Below are positions 35,392 through 37,203 of a stretch of 37,203 bases of DNA, piece after piece. The notes under the pieces are model-generated. The model made no database searches, had not been told where the DNA came from, and saw nothing but the letters and a program-made list of their open reading frames with translations. Position numbers and translations under genes: made by a program. This stretch comes from an uncultured virus (IMG/VR IMGVR_UViG_3300008120_000124) (Duplodnaviria; Heunggongvirae; Uroviricota; Caudoviricetes). Every line of letters starts with the position of its first letter. The stretch's first letter is position 1. Where the stretch lies: the IMG/VR virus record IMGVR_UViG_3300008120_000124. The stretch is one strand, 5' to 3'.

Positions 35392-35703
35392 TCATCCACC
35401 AAATACGTCTTCGGGAGGAGTTGTTTTTCTTTTCCGAAGGTCAATGCATACCACGAAATCCTCCTTTTTCGAGGATATGCCTACAATCTTAAGGGTAAGA
35501 TAACCCTTTGCAGATTGTGAAAAAGAGACAACCTTGAAGTACACACCGTCCATCTGCCAAAGGGTGGGATGGAGTTCCACAGCTTGAGTAATTGGGTTAC
35601 CCAAGGGGTCCAGATTATTTGTGGGGAGTTCCACAAAGTCTGGAGAAAGAAGCTGAACAAAAACTGGTTTCTTGGTGTTGTTAAACTTCAGAACGTTAAC
35701 CAT
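35392..35703 (-). CDS. Hypothetical protein
   Basis: 103-aa ATG ORF with an A-rich leader. It ends in TGA, with a possible extension to TAG 35308. Confidence 0.65.
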   Translation of the reverse strand: MVNVLKFNNTKKPVFVQLLSPDFVELPTNNLDPLGNPITQAVELHPTLWQMDGVYFKVVSFSQSAKGYLTLKIVGISSKKEDFVVCIDLRKRKTTPPEDVFGG

Positions 35704-35840
35704 TTTTTTAGGTTTAAACAGTGAACAATGATTGAGGTTGAGCTACCATGCCCTCCGTGTATTTAGGAATTTATTTAATCTCGTTTCCAAGGAACATATA
35801 CGAGAAAATGGGGGAGAATAGATCTCCCCCGGTATTTACT

Positions 35841-36080
35841 TTAGGTGAGGATCGCATCAGATTCGCCATGAAGTTTGCCCATAACGTAGACTGCGTTAGC
35901 GTATTTAGATACGCGAGTTTTCAGCCACGCTATTTCCATGATAACGTCGTCCCTGTCTTCAGGAGATATCCCCTGCAAAGAATTTACCTTAGAAACCAAA
36001 TCAGCGAAATGATTTTCCACTTTTTTAGTTTCTTCGTGGTCTGTCACTTCTTTGAGTTTGGTGTGGGTTAAATTTTCCAT
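35841..36080 (-). CDS. Hypothetical protein
   Basis: ORF 35841..36110, with a probable start at MENLTH (36080). A hairpin and U-tract follow. Confidence 0.65.
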   Translation of the reverse strand: MENLTHTKLKEVTDHEETKKVENHFADLVSKVNSLQGISPEDRDDVIMEIAWLKTRVSKYANAVYVMGKLHGESDAILT

Positions 36081-36456
36081 GTTGTTAGATTTAAGTTTGA
36101 AAAAATACACGCTTATCTGGGAACTCAGGCAAAGACGCGAGATAGGCTAAAAAGCGTATCTGGTCAGCAGCACTTAAGCACGTGTACATCCACATATCCA
36201 CCAGTTTTCTCTGGATATGCAGTGATTTATCACCATCAGAATGTTTTAGTTTACTTACATGCCTAAACAAACAATCGGCAATGCCACTTTCGTGGAACAG
36301 GGAGTGTGCTGTGGGAATTGTTTTATTACACGCTAATTCCCTATGCGTGGAACCTTACCTAGGATAGGATTTACCGTTGGTTTGTCCTAGGATTTAGAGA
36401 AAAAATAGTTGGACAGTACAAACTGCCCTTACACCTGTTCATTCAGGTTAATTCCT

Positions 36457-36795
36457 TCAACCCCTGTCTGAGGTCATCTCCAGCCAATGTGCTGGAATCC
36501 TGTCTTTGCTGTTTCGTTTTCTTCCGAAGATATTGTAATCCCGTTCAATACGGGAAGCAATCCTTGGTGAAACACGTCTTTTTTTCCTCTTTTCGGGGAT
36601 TACTCCCCATCGTCTCAAACACTGGTAAAAGATGTAGTTTACACTTCCATCATGGAAATGCATTTCTACTCCGTTTACTTCCCAGATTTCCATTGGTTGG
36701 AAACCGTCTTCTTTAGGGGTATACCCTTTGAAGATCATGGTTACTGGAATTCGTACGCCTGTTTTTTTGTTTGATATGGTGAATGTCTTTACCAT
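36457..36795 (-). CDS. Hypothetical protein
   Basis: 112-aa ATG ORF with a TGA stop. Confidence 0.65.
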   Translation of the reverse strand: MVKTFTISNKKTGVRIPVTMIFKGYTPKEDGFQPMEIWEVNGVEMHFHDGSVNYIFYQCLRRWGVIPEKRKKRRVSPRIASRIERDYNIFGRKRNSKDRIPAHWLEMTSDRG

Positions 36796-36921
36796 GAGAG
36801 ATGCGTTTACACTCGCCAGTGTTTTTTGTTAAATGTGACCTCATTAAATGAACGCGATTGGCCTAACACGGTTTATACTCCCCAATCGGAGTTGAAGAAA
36901 AGAGGGGGAATTGCTTCCCCC

Positions 36922-37134
36922 TTATTTATCTTCATTGTATTCTTTTATGAATTCCCTTATGTTTTTAACCTCCTTACAATTTCCGTATATCATATCTATG
37001 CTTCCGGATACATTTTGGAATATGGCTTTTTCGGCTTTACCGTTTTTTGTGAGGTAGGCCACACTGAAGACAGTGCATCCTGAGGCCATTGTTTTTTCTT
37101 CATACGCTATGATTTGTAGCATGAGATTTGCCAT
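36922..37134 (-). CDS. Hypothetical protein
   Basis: 70-aa ATG ORF, followed by the hairpin GGGGAA GCAA TTCCCC and a U-tract. Confidence 0.65.
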   Translation of the reverse strand: MANLMLQIIAYEEKTMASGCTVFSVAYLTKNGKAEKAIFQNVSGSIDMIYGNCKEVKNIREFIKEYNEDK

Positions 37135-37203
37135 ATTTATATGTCCGCTTGGCTAGCGGGGTTTTGGTTAAAAAAAGAGCGGCTTGGTTTGAACCGCTAT
37201 ATT

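Noticed and set aside
35308..35394. Possible readthrough of TGA 35392, adding 28 residues up to a TAG just before a hairpin
   Set aside because: There is no motif evidence, the +4 base is C unlike all confident sense TGAs, and it lies outside the recoded block. Left unresolved and not counted.

Overview
This is a 37-kb segment of a large Bacteroidota phage with Crassvirales-like gene content. The window opens inside a giant plus-strand, probably virion-associated gene (to 2605). It converges on a long minus-strand block of DNA replication and recombination genes (about 2.7-20.6 kb): PD-(D/E)XK exonuclease, T7 endo I-like resolvase, Ung, primase, SSB-like protein, AAA ATPase, DnaB, SF2 helicase and PolA. 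An accessory, probably early, region follows (about 20.6-37.2 kb) with a MoxR/VWA pair, GH73 hydrolases and many small membrane or lipoprotein genes. Main result: the standard-code ORF track is fragmented because TGA is read as Trp. I count 20 in-frame TGAs in 12 minus-strand genes at 3.7-20.6 kb, many at family-conserved Trp positions, and all 20 are followed by a purine. TGA still acts as a stop elsewhere, and the visible part of the plus-strand gene uses only TGG. This suggests context-dependent, suppressor-type recoding that gates the replication module. Other findings: a group I intron with a TGA-recoded GIY-YIG homing endonuclease in the AAA ATPase gene, a candidate -1 frameshift (A AAA AAC plus stem), a ~370-nt structured antisense RNA behind a Bacteroidota sigma-A-type promoter, a ~130-nt GC-rich multibranch RNA, and a tRNA-like element with a non-canonical anticodon arm. 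All calls come from manual reading; no database searches were run.
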